From PVC group bacterium (GTDB taxonomy: Bacteria > Auribacterota > Erginobacteria > Erginobacterales > Erginobacteraceae): a stretch of DNA of 25,520 nt. Position 1 is the first letter of the stretch, and the number at the start of each line of letters is the position of its first letter. Made by a program: the position numbers and the translations under genes. The DNA is taken from assembly GCA_043804695.1 (NCBI GenBank), contig JAZDIV010000083.1, positions 1 to 25,520 of the forward strand, written 5' to 3'. Below are positions 1 through 8,538 of this stretch, in pieces. The notes under the pieces were generated by a model that saw only the letters and a list, made by a program, of their open reading frames with translations, was not told the DNA's origin and searched no databases.

Positions 1-719
1 ATCTCCGCCGGGTCGAAAACTCCCTCTTTTCCAAAGAGAATCATCTGCCGGTAGGCGGGCGCCGCATTGTCCGCCCGGTAGAACTGTTCATGATAGAGCC
101 GGTTGGCGGCAAAGATCATAGCCCAGGGGTCGGAAAGGCGCCCCAGGTATTCGTTCAGGCTGATCATCATCAGCCACCGCGGCAGGTACCCGTTGGGGAC
201 GACCGCGGTCCGGTATCCCCGGGTCGCTCCCCATTCCAGCACTTCCTGCAGCTGGGGAATCCCTTCCCGCCGGTGCTCGCGTAAAAATTCATTCTCGCGG
301 CCCTGGATGCGGAGGGAGAAGGCCGCGGCCAGGTCCTCGGCTTGCGTCACCTCATCGCTTTGAAAGGGCGCGCCGACAATGAAAGCCCGGCGGCTGACCC
401 GGTCCATCTCCGAGAGCAGGCCGGGGCGGTCCGGCGGGGAGAGATGTTCCAGAACATCGATGTTCACGGCGACGTCGAACGCCTGATCGGGGAAAGGGAG
501 GGAGAGAGCATCCCCCCGCAGGAAACCATCGCCGGAAAAGATCCCCCGGTCCAGGTTGACGATCCGGTCCTCCGGCAGGTAGCTCCGTAAAAATCCCTCT
601 CGGCTGCCGGCATCCAGTATCCGGAAGACCTTCCGGTCACGGACAGCATCGATCATTTCACCTCCCAGGCGGTAGCGCTGGAGCTGATCGAAGGTCATGG
701 AGGAAGAAACGGTGCTCAT
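1..719 (-). CDS. Class I SAM-dependent methyltransferase (Methyltransf_11-like), probably glycan-related; runs off the window start
   Basis: Not in the ORF track. Manual translation from ATG 719 gives MSTVSSSMTFDQLQRYRLGGEMIDAVRDRKVFRILDAGSREGFL...LRGDALSLPFPDQAFDVAVNIDVLEHL...LLSEMDRVSRR, with motif I (ILDAGS) and the GDALSLPF / FD..V..DVLEH motifs. No stop before position 1. Confidence 0.85.
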   Translation of the reverse strand, partial: MSTVSSSMTFDQLQRYRLGGEMIDAVRDRKVFRILDAGSREGFLRSYLPEDRIVNLDRGIFSGDGFLRGDALSLPFPDQAFDVAVNIDVLEHLSPPDRPGLLSEMDRVSRRAFIVGAPFQSDEVTQAEDLAAAFSLRIQGRENEFLREHRREGIPQLQEVLEWGATRGYRTAVVPNGYLPRWLMMISLNEYLGRLSDPWAMIFAANRLYHEQFYRADNAAPAYRQMILFGKEGVFDPAE

Positions 720-939
720 AATGGCATTCTACACTTTCAGAAAGCCCTAATGTAATGGTAAAGAAATAGGGGGCATTAGAGTATTCATTGTGCACCGGGT
801 CCGTGAGGGCTTCATCAAGCCAGCACGTAATTACTCCGGCTCGCGATTATTCTTATCCCGGTAATACTACATAAAAATATTTGAAAAGAAAACAGTATTA
901 AGTACTGCTTTCTCCACCACTCTATGTTATTTTTCTCGC

Positions 940-1749
940 ATGACGGTTTTACATTTGCACACGATCTTCAGACATAAATACCTCCTTTACGCCCTGGTAA
1001 AGCGGGACGTTCTGGGAAGGTACAAGGGATCCGTCTTCGGGATCGTCTGGTCGGTCATCGAGCCGCTCGCCCTCCTGGTTATTTACACCGCCGTCTTCGG
1101 CGGGCTTCTCGGACTCCGCCTGGAGGACGATCCCCGCCTGTCGTCTTATGCTCTCGAAGTCTTCTGCGGGATTGTGATCTGGCTGGCGATCAGCGAGGGG
1201 ATCAACCGCTGCACGACGGTGGTCCTGGAGAACGCCGGCATGGTGAAGAAGGTCATCTTCCCCGGAGAGATTCTGCCTCTGAAGGTGGTCTGCTCGGCCA
1301 TTGTCCACCAGTGCATCGGGCTGGTCGTCCTCCTGGCCGGGATACTGGCCCTGGGCCGGGGGCCCTTCTGGACCTGGGCGCTGATCCCGCTCCTGATTAT
1401 TCCCCAGCTCCTCCTGACCGCCGGGGTCGGCTGGGTGGTAGCCGGTATTGGCGTGTTTATCCGCGATATCAAGCAGGCCGTCTCGCTGGGGACACTCTGC
1501 TGGATGTTCCTGACCCCGATCTTTTACCCGGAGTACTACCTGCGGCAGGCCTTCGGCGGCAAACTCGCTTTCTGGCTGACCGCGAACCCGGCGGCCGCCC
1601 TGATCCACAACTACCGGCAGATCCTCCTCCGGGGGCGCCTGCCCGACCGGACGATGTACTTCTACGTTCTGGCGCTGGGAGCACTCCTCTTTATCTTCGG
1701 CCTCTGGTGGTACAACAAGACGAAGAAAGCATTTGTTGACGTTATTTAA
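940..1749 (+). CDS. wzm: ABC-2 type polysaccharide export permease
   Basis: RDVLGRYKGSVFGIVWSVIEPL, VKKVIFP, WMFLTPIFYP, NP and C-terminal FVDVI motifs; about six hydrophobic segments; upstream of wzt. Confidence 0.93.
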   Translation: MTVLHLHTIFRHKYLLYALVKRDVLGRYKGSVFGIVWSVIEPLALLVIYTAVFGGLLGLRLEDDPRLSSYALEVFCGIVIWLAISEGINRCTTVVLENAGMVKKVIFPGEILPLKVVCSAIVHQCIGLVVLLAGILALGRGPFWTWALIPLLIIPQLLLTAGVGWVVAGIGVFIRDIKQAVSLGTLCWMFLTPIFYPEYYLRQAFGGKLAFWLTANPAAALIHNYRQILLRGRLPDRTMYFYVLALGALLFIFGLWWYNKTKKAFVDVI

Positions 1750-1750
1750 G

Positions 1751-1880
1751 AAATCCTAAATCCTAATTTCCTTGATCCTAAAATTGGGAAATTCTAAATT
1801 CTATTTTTCTAAATCCTAAAATTAAAATCCTAAATCCTAATTCCCTAAATCCTAAAACTATAAATTCTAAATCCTATTTA
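1751..1880 (+). repeat. AT-rich tandem heptamer array (AAATCCT/AAATTCT) with a 36-38 nt higher-order period
   Basis: Read directly; higher-order units start at 1751, 1789, 1825 and 1862. Confidence 0.9.
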
Positions 1881-1882
1881 AA

Positions 1883-2242
1883 ATGAATCAAAAAGCAGGC
1901 TCCAAACAATATGATCTGGAAGAGAGAACCTTTCATTTCGCGAAAAGAGTAATTATGTATGTAAACAGTTTGCCAAAGACAATAGGCAATATTGAAGTCG
2001 GAAGGCAATTAATAAGAGCAGCTGGTTCCGTGGGCGCTAATTACCGGGAAGCTAATGAATCACTCAGCAAAAAAGATTTCACTTATCGGTGTAAGGTATG
2101 CCGGAAAGAGTCAAAGGAAAGTATATATTGGCTCCGGCTGAGTGAACCTAACAAGAATCGCTTACAAGAACAGAAAGAACTTATCCAGGAAGCAACAGAA
2201 ATTATGCGTATATTCGGCGCAATAGTCACGAAGTGCAATTGA
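1883..2242 (+). CDS. Four helix bundle protein (23S rRNA IVS-protein family, TIGR02436-like)
   Basis: DLEERTFHFA...QLIRAAGSVGANYREANESLSKKDF...CRKESKESIYWLRL signature; 119 aa; AT-rich codon usage unlike its neighbours. Confidence 0.92.
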   Translation: MNQKAGSKQYDLEERTFHFAKRVIMYVNSLPKTIGNIEVGRQLIRAAGSVGANYREANESLSKKDFTYRCKVCRKESKESIYWLRLSEPNKNRLQEQKELIQEATEIMRIFGAIVTKCN

Positions 2243-2274
2243 TTTAGGATTTAGAAAAATAGAATTTAGGATTT
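2243..2274 (-). repeat. Inverted copy of part of the upstream heptamer array
   Basis: 2243-2269 is the exact reverse complement of 1794-1820 (27 bp); extends to 32 bp with one G-U pair. Confidence 0.9.
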
Positions 2275-2296
2275 TTATTTCAAGGTATTGTTTATA

Positions 2297-3547
2297 ATGA
2301 CTGAACCGGCTATCTCTCTCAAGAACGTCTCTAAGAAATTTCCGATCTACGATAGTCCGCTCCAGCGTTTGCAGGAAGCTCTCCGGGGGGGGAGGAGGCG
2401 GTATCACCGCGAATTCTGGGCCCTCCGGGATATCAATCTGGAGGTGCCTTCCGGCGTCACACTGGGAATCCTGGGGCAGAACGGCTCCGGCAAAACCACC
2501 ATCCTCCAGCTGATGGCCGGCATCATGGAACCCACCCTGGGAACAGTCTCCGTCCGGGGAAGGGTCTCGACCATCCTCGAACTGGGGGCCGGGTTCAACC
2601 CCGATTTCACCGGCCGCGAGAACGCGTTTCTGAGCGGAATCATCCTGGGGCTCTCCCCGGGCGAGATCAAGGCCAGGATGGACGAGATTATTTCCTTCGC
2701 CGAGATCGGCGAGTTCATCGACCAGCCGGTCAAGACCTATTCCAGCGGGATGTACGTCCGCCTGGCCTTCGCGGTCGCGGTCACCCTGGACCCCGATATC
2801 CTGTTGATCGACGAGGTCCTGGCGGTGGGCGACGCCTATTTCCAGCACAAATGCACGCGGAAGATCCGGGACTTCCAGGAGCAGGGGAAGACCCTGGTCT
2901 ACGTCACCCATGACATCGAGAGCGTGCGGAACATCTGCCATCAGGCAATGATCCTGGATTATTCCCGGCTCCTGGCCCGGGGGGAGCCGGGGGAGATCGC
3001 GGACCAGTACCTGGCCCTGATCCAGGGGCGCGATGATGAGCGTTCTTCCGGGAAGGCGGCCCCGGCCCGGCATCGCCCGTCGGATTACAGCCGGTACGGG
3101 ACCGGGGAGGCCGAGATTTCTTCCATCGAACTGCTGGACGGAAAGGGGGACCCGAATACCTGCTTCCGGAGCGGAGAGGAGTTTTCCATCCGGTTCCACG
3201 TTTCTTTTAACGCGGATGTGAAACAGTTCGTGCTCGGCAATATCTTCAGGAACAGATTCGGCTTGAACATCTTCGGGACCAATACCGACTGGCACGGCCT
3301 GCCGGCGGAAAACTTCCGGAAGGGAGATCGGTGCGTCGTCGTCTTCCGCCACCGCGCCGACTTTGCCGCCGGGACGTACTCAATCAACCCCGCCGCCTCC
3401 TCCGTCGCCGGCGCCAACGCCTACCGCACGCTGGACTGGATCAACAACGCCGCCATCATCCGGATCGACAATCCCCGCCGGATGGAGGGGTATGTCGGTC
3501 TCCCGACCCGGATTGAGATTGAAAGGGAATCGACAAACGGTTACTAA
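2297..3547 (+). CDS. wzt: Polysaccharide ABC transporter ATP-binding protein with Wzt C-terminal domain
   Basis: Walker A GQNGSGKTT, signature YSSGMYVRLAF, Walker B ILLIDEVLAVGD, H-loop VTHD, then RYGTGEAEISSIEL Wzt_C-like domain. ATG 2297 preferred over TTG 2288. Confidence 0.93.
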   Translation: MTEPAISLKNVSKKFPIYDSPLQRLQEALRGGRRRYHREFWALRDINLEVPSGVTLGILGQNGSGKTTILQLMAGIMEPTLGTVSVRGRVSTILELGAGFNPDFTGRENAFLSGIILGLSPGEIKARMDEIISFAEIGEFIDQPVKTYSSGMYVRLAFAVAVTLDPDILLIDEVLAVGDAYFQHKCTRKIRDFQEQGKTLVYVTHDIESVRNICHQAMILDYSRLLARGEPGEIADQYLALIQGRDDERSSGKAAPARHRPSDYSRYGTGEAEISSIELLDGKGDPNTCFRSGEEFSIRFHVSFNADVKQFVLGNIFRNRFGLNIFGTNTDWHGLPAENFRKGDRCVVVFRHRADFAAGTYSINPAASSVAGANAYRTLDWINNAAIIRIDNPRRMEGYVGLPTRIEIERESTNGY

Positions 3548-3575
3548 TGCCTTGAGACAAACAAGCCCTAAGTCA

Positions 3576-4934
3576 ATGATGCTGATTGTATTATCAGCAT
3601 CTCTCGTTCTGGGGATTGCCTACATCATTGTTATTCCTCCCTGGCAATCACCCGATGAGCCAACCCATTTTGAGTACGCAAAAGTCCTGGCTCTCGGCGC
3701 CGCGCCCTGGGCACCTCTTCCCAGCCCTGACCTGCAGGAGAAGATCATCGTTTCGCTCGATCGCCACGATTACTGGCGATATGTCCAGGAAGAGAGACCG
3801 TCAACGCTTCCGGCTACCTTCCGAGAGACGCCGTTTTTATTTTCCGCTCCAACCCAGATCGGGAAAAACCCTCCCCTCTATTACCTTCTGGCTTCCCTGG
3901 TCCTGCGGTTATCCCCCAGCCTATCGGTGGAGACCGAACTCTACCGGCTGCGGATACTTTCACTCCTCTTTACCATTCTGACCGTCGGACTGGTCGGGGC
4001 CGTCGCCGCCGAGATTTTCGGGAGTTCCTCTCCTGTCTGTCCGGCTGCCGCCGGCATTGTCGCTTTTCTCCCCCAATTTATGGTAATCGGGACCTCGGTC
4101 AGTCCGGACCCCTGCATCAACCTCTTCGGCGCGGCTTCGATCTATTTAGTACTCAGATTCCAGAGGACAGGCTTTACCTTGTCCCGGACAATGTTTCTCC
4201 TGCTCTGGTATGGTCTGGGGCTGCTGGTTAATTACAAATGTTTGATCCTCCTTTCGGCACTGCCGGGAGTTATGATTATTCATTTCTTTCTCCATCGGCC
4301 AAGGACTCTCTCCTTTAAAAAGGTGATGATCTGGTTCGGAGTAATCTTCCTGGTTTTCCTGGTGGCCTATTCCGGGATGGTCTGGTACTACTCGGCAATT
4401 GCCCGGGTCTTCATTGTCAGAGTCAATATTCTATACTCAATGCTCGCTTCTTTCCTGCGGGGGGACACGTATTTCCGCGCGGGTTTCTGGCACTGGTTTC
4501 ACGCCGAACTCTTCAAAAGCTTCTGGCTGAAGTATGGTTGGTTAAAGTTTGAACTGCCGCCGCCCGTTTACCTGGTTCTCAAAATTGCCAGTCTCTTCTC
4601 TTTAGCGGGGATCGGACTCTTTCTGGGTCAGTGGATAGTGACCCGGGGAAAAATCCCGAGTCAGACGCGGGAGGCTATTATAACCCTGCTTTTCTTTGCT
4701 GCGGTCACACTGGGGGCCTATTATTTATTCTGGGGTCTCAGGGGAGAGGATACCACTACTCAGGGGAGACATCTCTTTTTAGTGATGCCCGCCTGGTCGA
4801 TTCTCTTTATCTTCGGTTGGAGCCGTTTTTTTCCCGCCCGCTGGATAACGGGGGTCAGTTACGGGTTACTGGCCGGTTTCATCCTGCTGGACGCGGTGTC
4901 AATCCTGTTTTATATCATTCCCACGTTTTCTTAG
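3576..4934 (+). CDS. Polytopic membrane protein, DUF2142 / GT-C glycosyltransferase-like
   Basis: PPWQSPDEPTHFEY, NPPLYYLL and late QGRHLF motifs; about 10 or more TM segments. Start is uncertain (ATG 3576 or TTG 3552); the track start at 3363 overlaps wzt. Confidence 0.75.
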   Translation: MMLIVLSASLVLGIAYIIVIPPWQSPDEPTHFEYAKVLALGAAPWAPLPSPDLQEKIIVSLDRHDYWRYVQEERPSTLPATFRETPFLFSAPTQIGKNPPLYYLLASLVLRLSPSLSVETELYRLRILSLLFTILTVGLVGAVAAEIFGSSSPVCPAAAGIVAFLPQFMVIGTSVSPDPCINLFGAASIYLVLRFQRTGFTLSRTMFLLLWYGLGLLVNYKCLILLSALPGVMIIHFFLHRPRTLSFKKVMIWFGVIFLVFLVAYSGMVWYYSAIARVFIVRVNILYSMLASFLRGDTYFRAGFWHWFHAELFKSFWLKYGWLKFELPPPVYLVLKIASLFSLAGIGLFLGQWIVTRGKIPSQTREAIITLLFFAAVTLGAYYLFWGLRGEDTTTQGRHLFLVMPAWSILFIFGWSRFFPARWITGVSYGLLAGFILLDAVSILFYIIPTFS

Positions 4935-5321
4935 GCGGAATAGTTTTTTCAACCACCGCCAGAACCGTTGAAAGATGTTTCCCCGTAGTTTCCGGATGAT
5001 CTCCTGCCGGCGTCGTTCGATCGATTCCACTTCCTCACGGGTGAAATCCTTCCGGAAGAGGTTCTCATCCACCTCGGCGTCCAGCATTTTCAGCGGGTCG
5101 CCGCCGAAGGAAAGGACCGTTGCCTCGATCTCCTTCCAGCCGAGGTTCCGGCAGGCCTGGAGACGCCGGAAGCCGGCGACCAGCCGGTTTTGCTCATCCA
5201 CCAGGATCGGATTGAGCAGACCCACCTTCCGGATGGAAATCTCCAGAGAGGCGATATTCCCCGGGTCCTGCCGGATCCTTTCCTTTTTGTTGACGATGAT
5301 GTCGTCGATCGGTATCTTCAT
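4899..5321 (-). CDS. Small ParB/Srx N-terminal domain protein
   Basis: LEISIRKVGLLNPILV...LVAGFRRLQAC...EVDENLFRKDFT (ParB GxRR and EN..R motifs); GGGAG SD upstream. Confidence 0.88.
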   Translation of the reverse strand: MKIPIDDIIVNKKERIRQDPGNIASLEISIRKVGLLNPILVDEQNRLVAGFRRLQACRNLGWKEIEATVLSFGGDPLKMLDAEVDENLFRKDFTREEVESIERRRQEIIRKLRGNIFQRFWRWLKKLFRLRKRGNDIKQD

Positions 5322-5322
5322 T

Positions 5323-5355
5323 TATAAATTAGCTCCCTTCGGTCGCAAATTTATA
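5323..5355. repeat. Small palindromic element, family copy 1
   Basis: TATAAATTAGC TCCCTTCGGTC GCAAATTTATA; contains the SD of the ParB-N gene on the minus strand. Confidence 0.65.
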
Positions 5356-5445
5356 CTGAAATAATCTTGCTCTTTCTTGCCGCAGTACAGTATATTATAT
5401 TGACTTAAACGCCACAACATTCAACATTTTTATCCAAGGGAGGAA

Positions 5446-7350
5446 ATGATGAGAAAGAGTTGGTTCAGACTGGCAGGGCTGGTAAGTGCGGTTCTGTTAA
5501 TCTCCATCGCCGGCGCCGGAATGGCGGATGCCGGAGTCCCCGGCAAGATGATCGGCTATGCCCGGGTGGGCAACCCCGACGGGCTGATCAGCGGGGTGGA
5601 GAAATTCACCCAGGGGCTTGATCTGCCGCCGATGGCCACCATGGTCATGAAGATGGGTCTGGGCGGTTTGATTGAAAACCCGAACCTGGTCGGAGTGGAC
5701 ATGGCCGGTCCCCTCTGCCTGGTCAGCTTCAGCCCGGACGCGGCCGACGCCTGGGGGGTCTGTTTCACCCTCAGCAACCCCGATGTGTACCTGGGGGTTC
5801 TCAACAAGAGCCTGAAGCTGAAATCCGAAGACGAAAAGTCCGGCATCAAGGTCTATGCCAAGGAGACGAAGGAATTCGACCTGGACGCCTACCAGGCGGC
5901 CTCGCCGGAGGAACAGTCGAACACCGATAAATTCTACCGGACCGAGGAAAAGACCGTCGCGGTGGCGATCAAGGACAAAACCGCCTGGCTTTCGCTCGAC
6001 CCGGCCATCTTAAAGGACGTGCAGTCTCTCACCCCCGCCGACTTCGCGGCCCCGGTCGAGGGAGCGCTCGTCATCGGGCTCAAGGTCCAGCCCCTCCTTG
6101 ACGTCGCGGAAGAAGGGTTGCGGGAAAAACTGGACTCGCTGTATATGGGCACCCCGGATACCGGTTCTCCGTTCGGGCCGGAAATCGCCAAGCAAATGGC
6201 CCGATCCTATGTCGATTTCTATCTCTACTACGCGCGGCAGGTAGAGACCGTCGTCTTCGGACTCACCGTTGACGGCACCGGTGTCACCGTCGAGAAGCTG
6301 GTTGAGGCCAAGCCGGGCTCAACGCTGGCCAAGTTTCTCATGGCCCAGAAGAAAGGGAAGCTGTCTTTGGCCCGGTATCTTCAGCCCTCCCCCTGGATGG
6401 TCGTCGCCGGGCGGATTGAAAAACCGGAGATGGTACTGAAAATATATCGCCGGCTATTTGATGTATTCGACGGGGTGATTACGGAACTGGGCTCTGCCGG
6501 GGGAGAAAAGGATATCAGCGGCAAGCTGGCCGCATTCAAGGACACCTACCTGGGTTTGATGGAGACCTATTTCACCCGGTGCGCCGGCGACGAGATGGCA
6601 TTTTCGCTCTCTTCTTCGCCCGACGCATTCATCTCCGCGGTCTCCCTCCAGAAGATCAGGGATCGGAAAGCCTACGGGGAGTACATCGCCGGCAGCTTCC
6701 TGGAGAACCACGATCTCCTGGCGTTATTCTATGAAAGGCTGGGCATCACGATGGATGTTTCAGGCATTGAGAAGCCGGTTCTTTACAAAGGAGCGGATAT
6801 ATACACGGCCCGGATGACGATTGATTTCAAGAAGCTCCTGAAGAAAGAATCGTTTACCGGTGACGAGCAACGGGTCTTCGCCATTATGGCAGCCCCCATC
6901 GTCATGCAGATGGCGGCCACCGATGACCTGGCTGTGACCGAGATGTCCTGGGGAGGGGAGTCCGATATAAAGGCCCGGCTCGACCTGATTGCGGCCGGGA
7001 AGAGCTCGTTCGATACGGATCAACTGGGCACCCCCTGGCAGAACGCCAACGGCGTCGTTTATTTCTCCATCAACCGGTACCTGAAGAACCTCCTGGGCTC
7101 GATGATTCAGAAGGCCGCCCCGGAGGGGGTCGGGACACCGCAGGCCGAGGTTTTCGAGGCCCTGGGGAAGCTCGATCTGCCCCTGGTTACCTACCTGACC
7201 GCGGACGGAGCGACCCTGAAGGCCGTCACCGCGGTTCCCATGGATAAGATCCTGGCGGTCAAGGCGGTCATCGAGGAACTGAAGAGCAAGATGCCCGCTG
7301 CCCCCGCGCCCACATCCGGCGGTACCCCGGTGCCTGCCGCCGCCGAGTAA
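5446..7350 (+). CDS. Exported hypothetical protein (634 aa)
   Basis: GGAGG SD, Sec signal peptide (MMRKSWFRLAGLVSAVLLISIAGAGMADA), host-like codon usage, Pro/Ala-rich tail; no family recognised. Confidence 0.8.
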   Translation: MMRKSWFRLAGLVSAVLLISIAGAGMADAGVPGKMIGYARVGNPDGLISGVEKFTQGLDLPPMATMVMKMGLGGLIENPNLVGVDMAGPLCLVSFSPDAADAWGVCFTLSNPDVYLGVLNKSLKLKSEDEKSGIKVYAKETKEFDLDAYQAASPEEQSNTDKFYRTEEKTVAVAIKDKTAWLSLDPAILKDVQSLTPADFAAPVEGALVIGLKVQPLLDVAEEGLREKLDSLYMGTPDTGSPFGPEIAKQMARSYVDFYLYYARQVETVVFGLTVDGTGVTVEKLVEAKPGSTLAKFLMAQKKGKLSLARYLQPSPWMVVAGRIEKPEMVLKIYRRLFDVFDGVITELGSAGGEKDISGKLAAFKDTYLGLMETYFTRCAGDEMAFSLSSSPDAFISAVSLQKIRDRKAYGEYIAGSFLENHDLLALFYERLGITMDVSGIEKPVLYKGADIYTARMTIDFKKLLKKESFTGDEQRVFAIMAAPIVMQMAATDDLAVTEMSWGGESDIKARLDLIAAGKSSFDTDQLGTPWQNANGVVYFSINRYLKNLLGSMIQKAAPEGVGTPQAEVFEALGKLDLPLVTYLTADGATLKAVTAVPMDKILAVKAVIEELKSKMPAAPAPTSGGTPVPAAAE

Positions 7351-7372
7351 CGTCAGCAGCCGGCGTGCCGTA

Positions 7373-8101
7373 ATGAACGGGCACGGATTAAAACGTACCG
7401 CAATCCGTTGCCTGCTCTCCGTCTTCGCGTTTCTGGTCTGTGTCCCGGCGTTTCTCTGTTGCGCCGATGATCCCTCGGCGCCGGAAACAACCTCCCGCAT
7501 TTCTCTTCCTCCGCCGGTCCTGGAGGGTACGGTCTCGCTTGAAGAGGTGATCCACTCCCGGCGTTCGGTTCGTTCATTCCAGGACCGACCGCTCACGCTC
7601 CCGGAGATCTCCCAGCTGCTCTGGGCGGCCGGCGGCAAAACCATCGACGGATTGACCGGGGCGACCCGCTCCTGCCCATCGGCGGGAGGCATTTATCCGC
7701 TCTTTGTTTACCTGGTCGCTGGCCGGGTCGCCGGCCTGCCGTCCGGTCTTTACCGGTACGAGTGGAAAGATCATGCCCTGGTCATGCTCCAGCCGGGTGA
7801 TCAACGCTTCCATCTAACAGACGCGGCCTATGGTCAGCCGTGGGTCGCTTCCGCCCCCACCTCCATTGTCATCACCGCCGATATCAGCCGGACGGCGTCC
7901 CGCTACGGGGAGAGGGGAGAGAAGCGCTATGTACCCATGGATGCCGGCCACGCCGGCCAGAACGTTTCCCTCCAGGCCCGGGCCCTCGGTCTGGGGAGCG
8001 TCATTGTCGGTGCGTTTGACGACAGCCGGGTCGGGGACGTTCTGGGTGTCAAGAAAGAAACCCCGCTCTATATTATACCGGTGGGATGGCCGGTTCCCTG
8101 A
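7373..8101 (+). CDS. SagB/ThcOx-type nitroreductase-family flavoprotein with N-terminal hydrophobic segment
   Basis: SLEEVIHSRRSVRSF, LLWAA, RSCPSAGGIYPL, YGERGEKRY, DAGHAGQNVSLQA, VGAFDD. Confidence 0.9.
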   Translation: MNGHGLKRTAIRCLLSVFAFLVCVPAFLCCADDPSAPETTSRISLPPPVLEGTVSLEEVIHSRRSVRSFQDRPLTLPEISQLLWAAGGKTIDGLTGATRSCPSAGGIYPLFVYLVAGRVAGLPSGLYRYEWKDHALVMLQPGDQRFHLTDAAYGQPWVASAPTSIVITADISRTASRYGERGEKRYVPMDAGHAGQNVSLQARALGLGSVIVGAFDDSRVGDVLGVKKETPLYIIPVGWPVP

Positions 8102-8184
8102 TCCAGCTTCCTGGAGATTCAATGAACCGCGAAGACGAAATGAGCGTAAAGAAAAACATACGATAAAATATCGTCGACCTTTGT

Positions 8185-8230
8185 TTAAAAATCAGCGAGC
8201 CCCGATTTATCGGGGCTCGCTGATTTTTAA
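8185..8230. terminator. Perfect 22-bp inverted repeat between convergent nitroreductase and tRNA genes; likely bidirectional terminator and member of the palindrome family
   Basis: TTAAAAATCAGCGAGCCCCGAT-TT-ATCGGGGCTCGCTGATTTTTAA, with T tracts on both strands. Confidence 0.8.
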
Positions 8231-8304
8231 TAGCGGAGGAGGGATTCGAACCCCCGACACGCGGATTATGATTCCGCTGCTCTAACCGGCTGAGCTACTC
8301 CGCC
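8231..8304 (-). tRNA. tRNA-Met (CAT), probably elongator; CCA not encoded
   Basis: Reverse complement GGCGGAGTAGCTCAGCCGGTTAGAGCAGCGGAATCATAATCCGCGTGTCGGGGGTTCGAATCCCTCCTCCGCTA folds as a cloverleaf. G1-C72 is paired (not initiator); it lacks the C4/C5 typical of Ile2. Confidence 0.93.
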
Positions 8305-8344
8305 GAAAAAGAAATGTTTCACTACCCGTAAAAAGCGAAACAAT

Positions 8345-8373
8345 ATAGTATGGAAAACGAAAGACGACTTCAA
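8345..8373 (-). promoter_or_regulatory. Candidate sigma70 promoter for the tRNA
   Basis: Minus strand TTGAAG-17 nt-TACTAT, about 40 nt upstream of the tRNA. Confidence 0.5.
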
Positions 8374-8495
8374 CAGGAAATATTGCGGCGACGAAGTCGG
8401 GGCAATATAAATAACCGCTATGGCGTGAATTGTTGGATGTATACTAAGCCTATAATCATTGTTCGTTTCAATTCATTTTAGAAAAAGCAAGTATC

Positions 8496-8524
8496 TAAAT
8501 TAGCGAGCGCAGCTCGCTAATTTA
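8496..8524. repeat. Small palindromic element upstream of lpxD
   Basis: TAAATTAGCGAGC-GCA-GCTCGCTAATTTA, just before the AAGGAG SD. Confidence 0.75.
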
Positions 8525-8538
8525 TAAAGGAGTCCAGC

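Noticed and set aside
1751..1880. CRISPR array suggested by the ~37-nt periodicity
   Set aside because: No unique spacers, units are made of heptamers, and no cas genes are present
1883..2242. 23S rRNA or ribosomal protein implied by the family name
   Set aside because: No rRNA sequence flanks the gene; it lies between wzm and wzt
3363..3575. N-terminal extension of the membrane protein given by the ORF track
   Set aside because: Overlaps wzt by about 185 nt and reads as off-frame sequence; a start at 3552 or 3576 fits better
4899..5321. Chromosome or plasmid partition locus
   Set aside because: No parA, no HTH domain and no parS-like site noticed
7373..8101. RiPP (azole) biosynthesis suggested by the SagB-type domain
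   Set aside because: No YcaO, E1-like protein or precursor peptide nearby; stand-alone members are common
8231..8304. tRNA as integration site of a genomic island
   Set aside because: No integrase and no duplicated tRNA 3' end seen in the window
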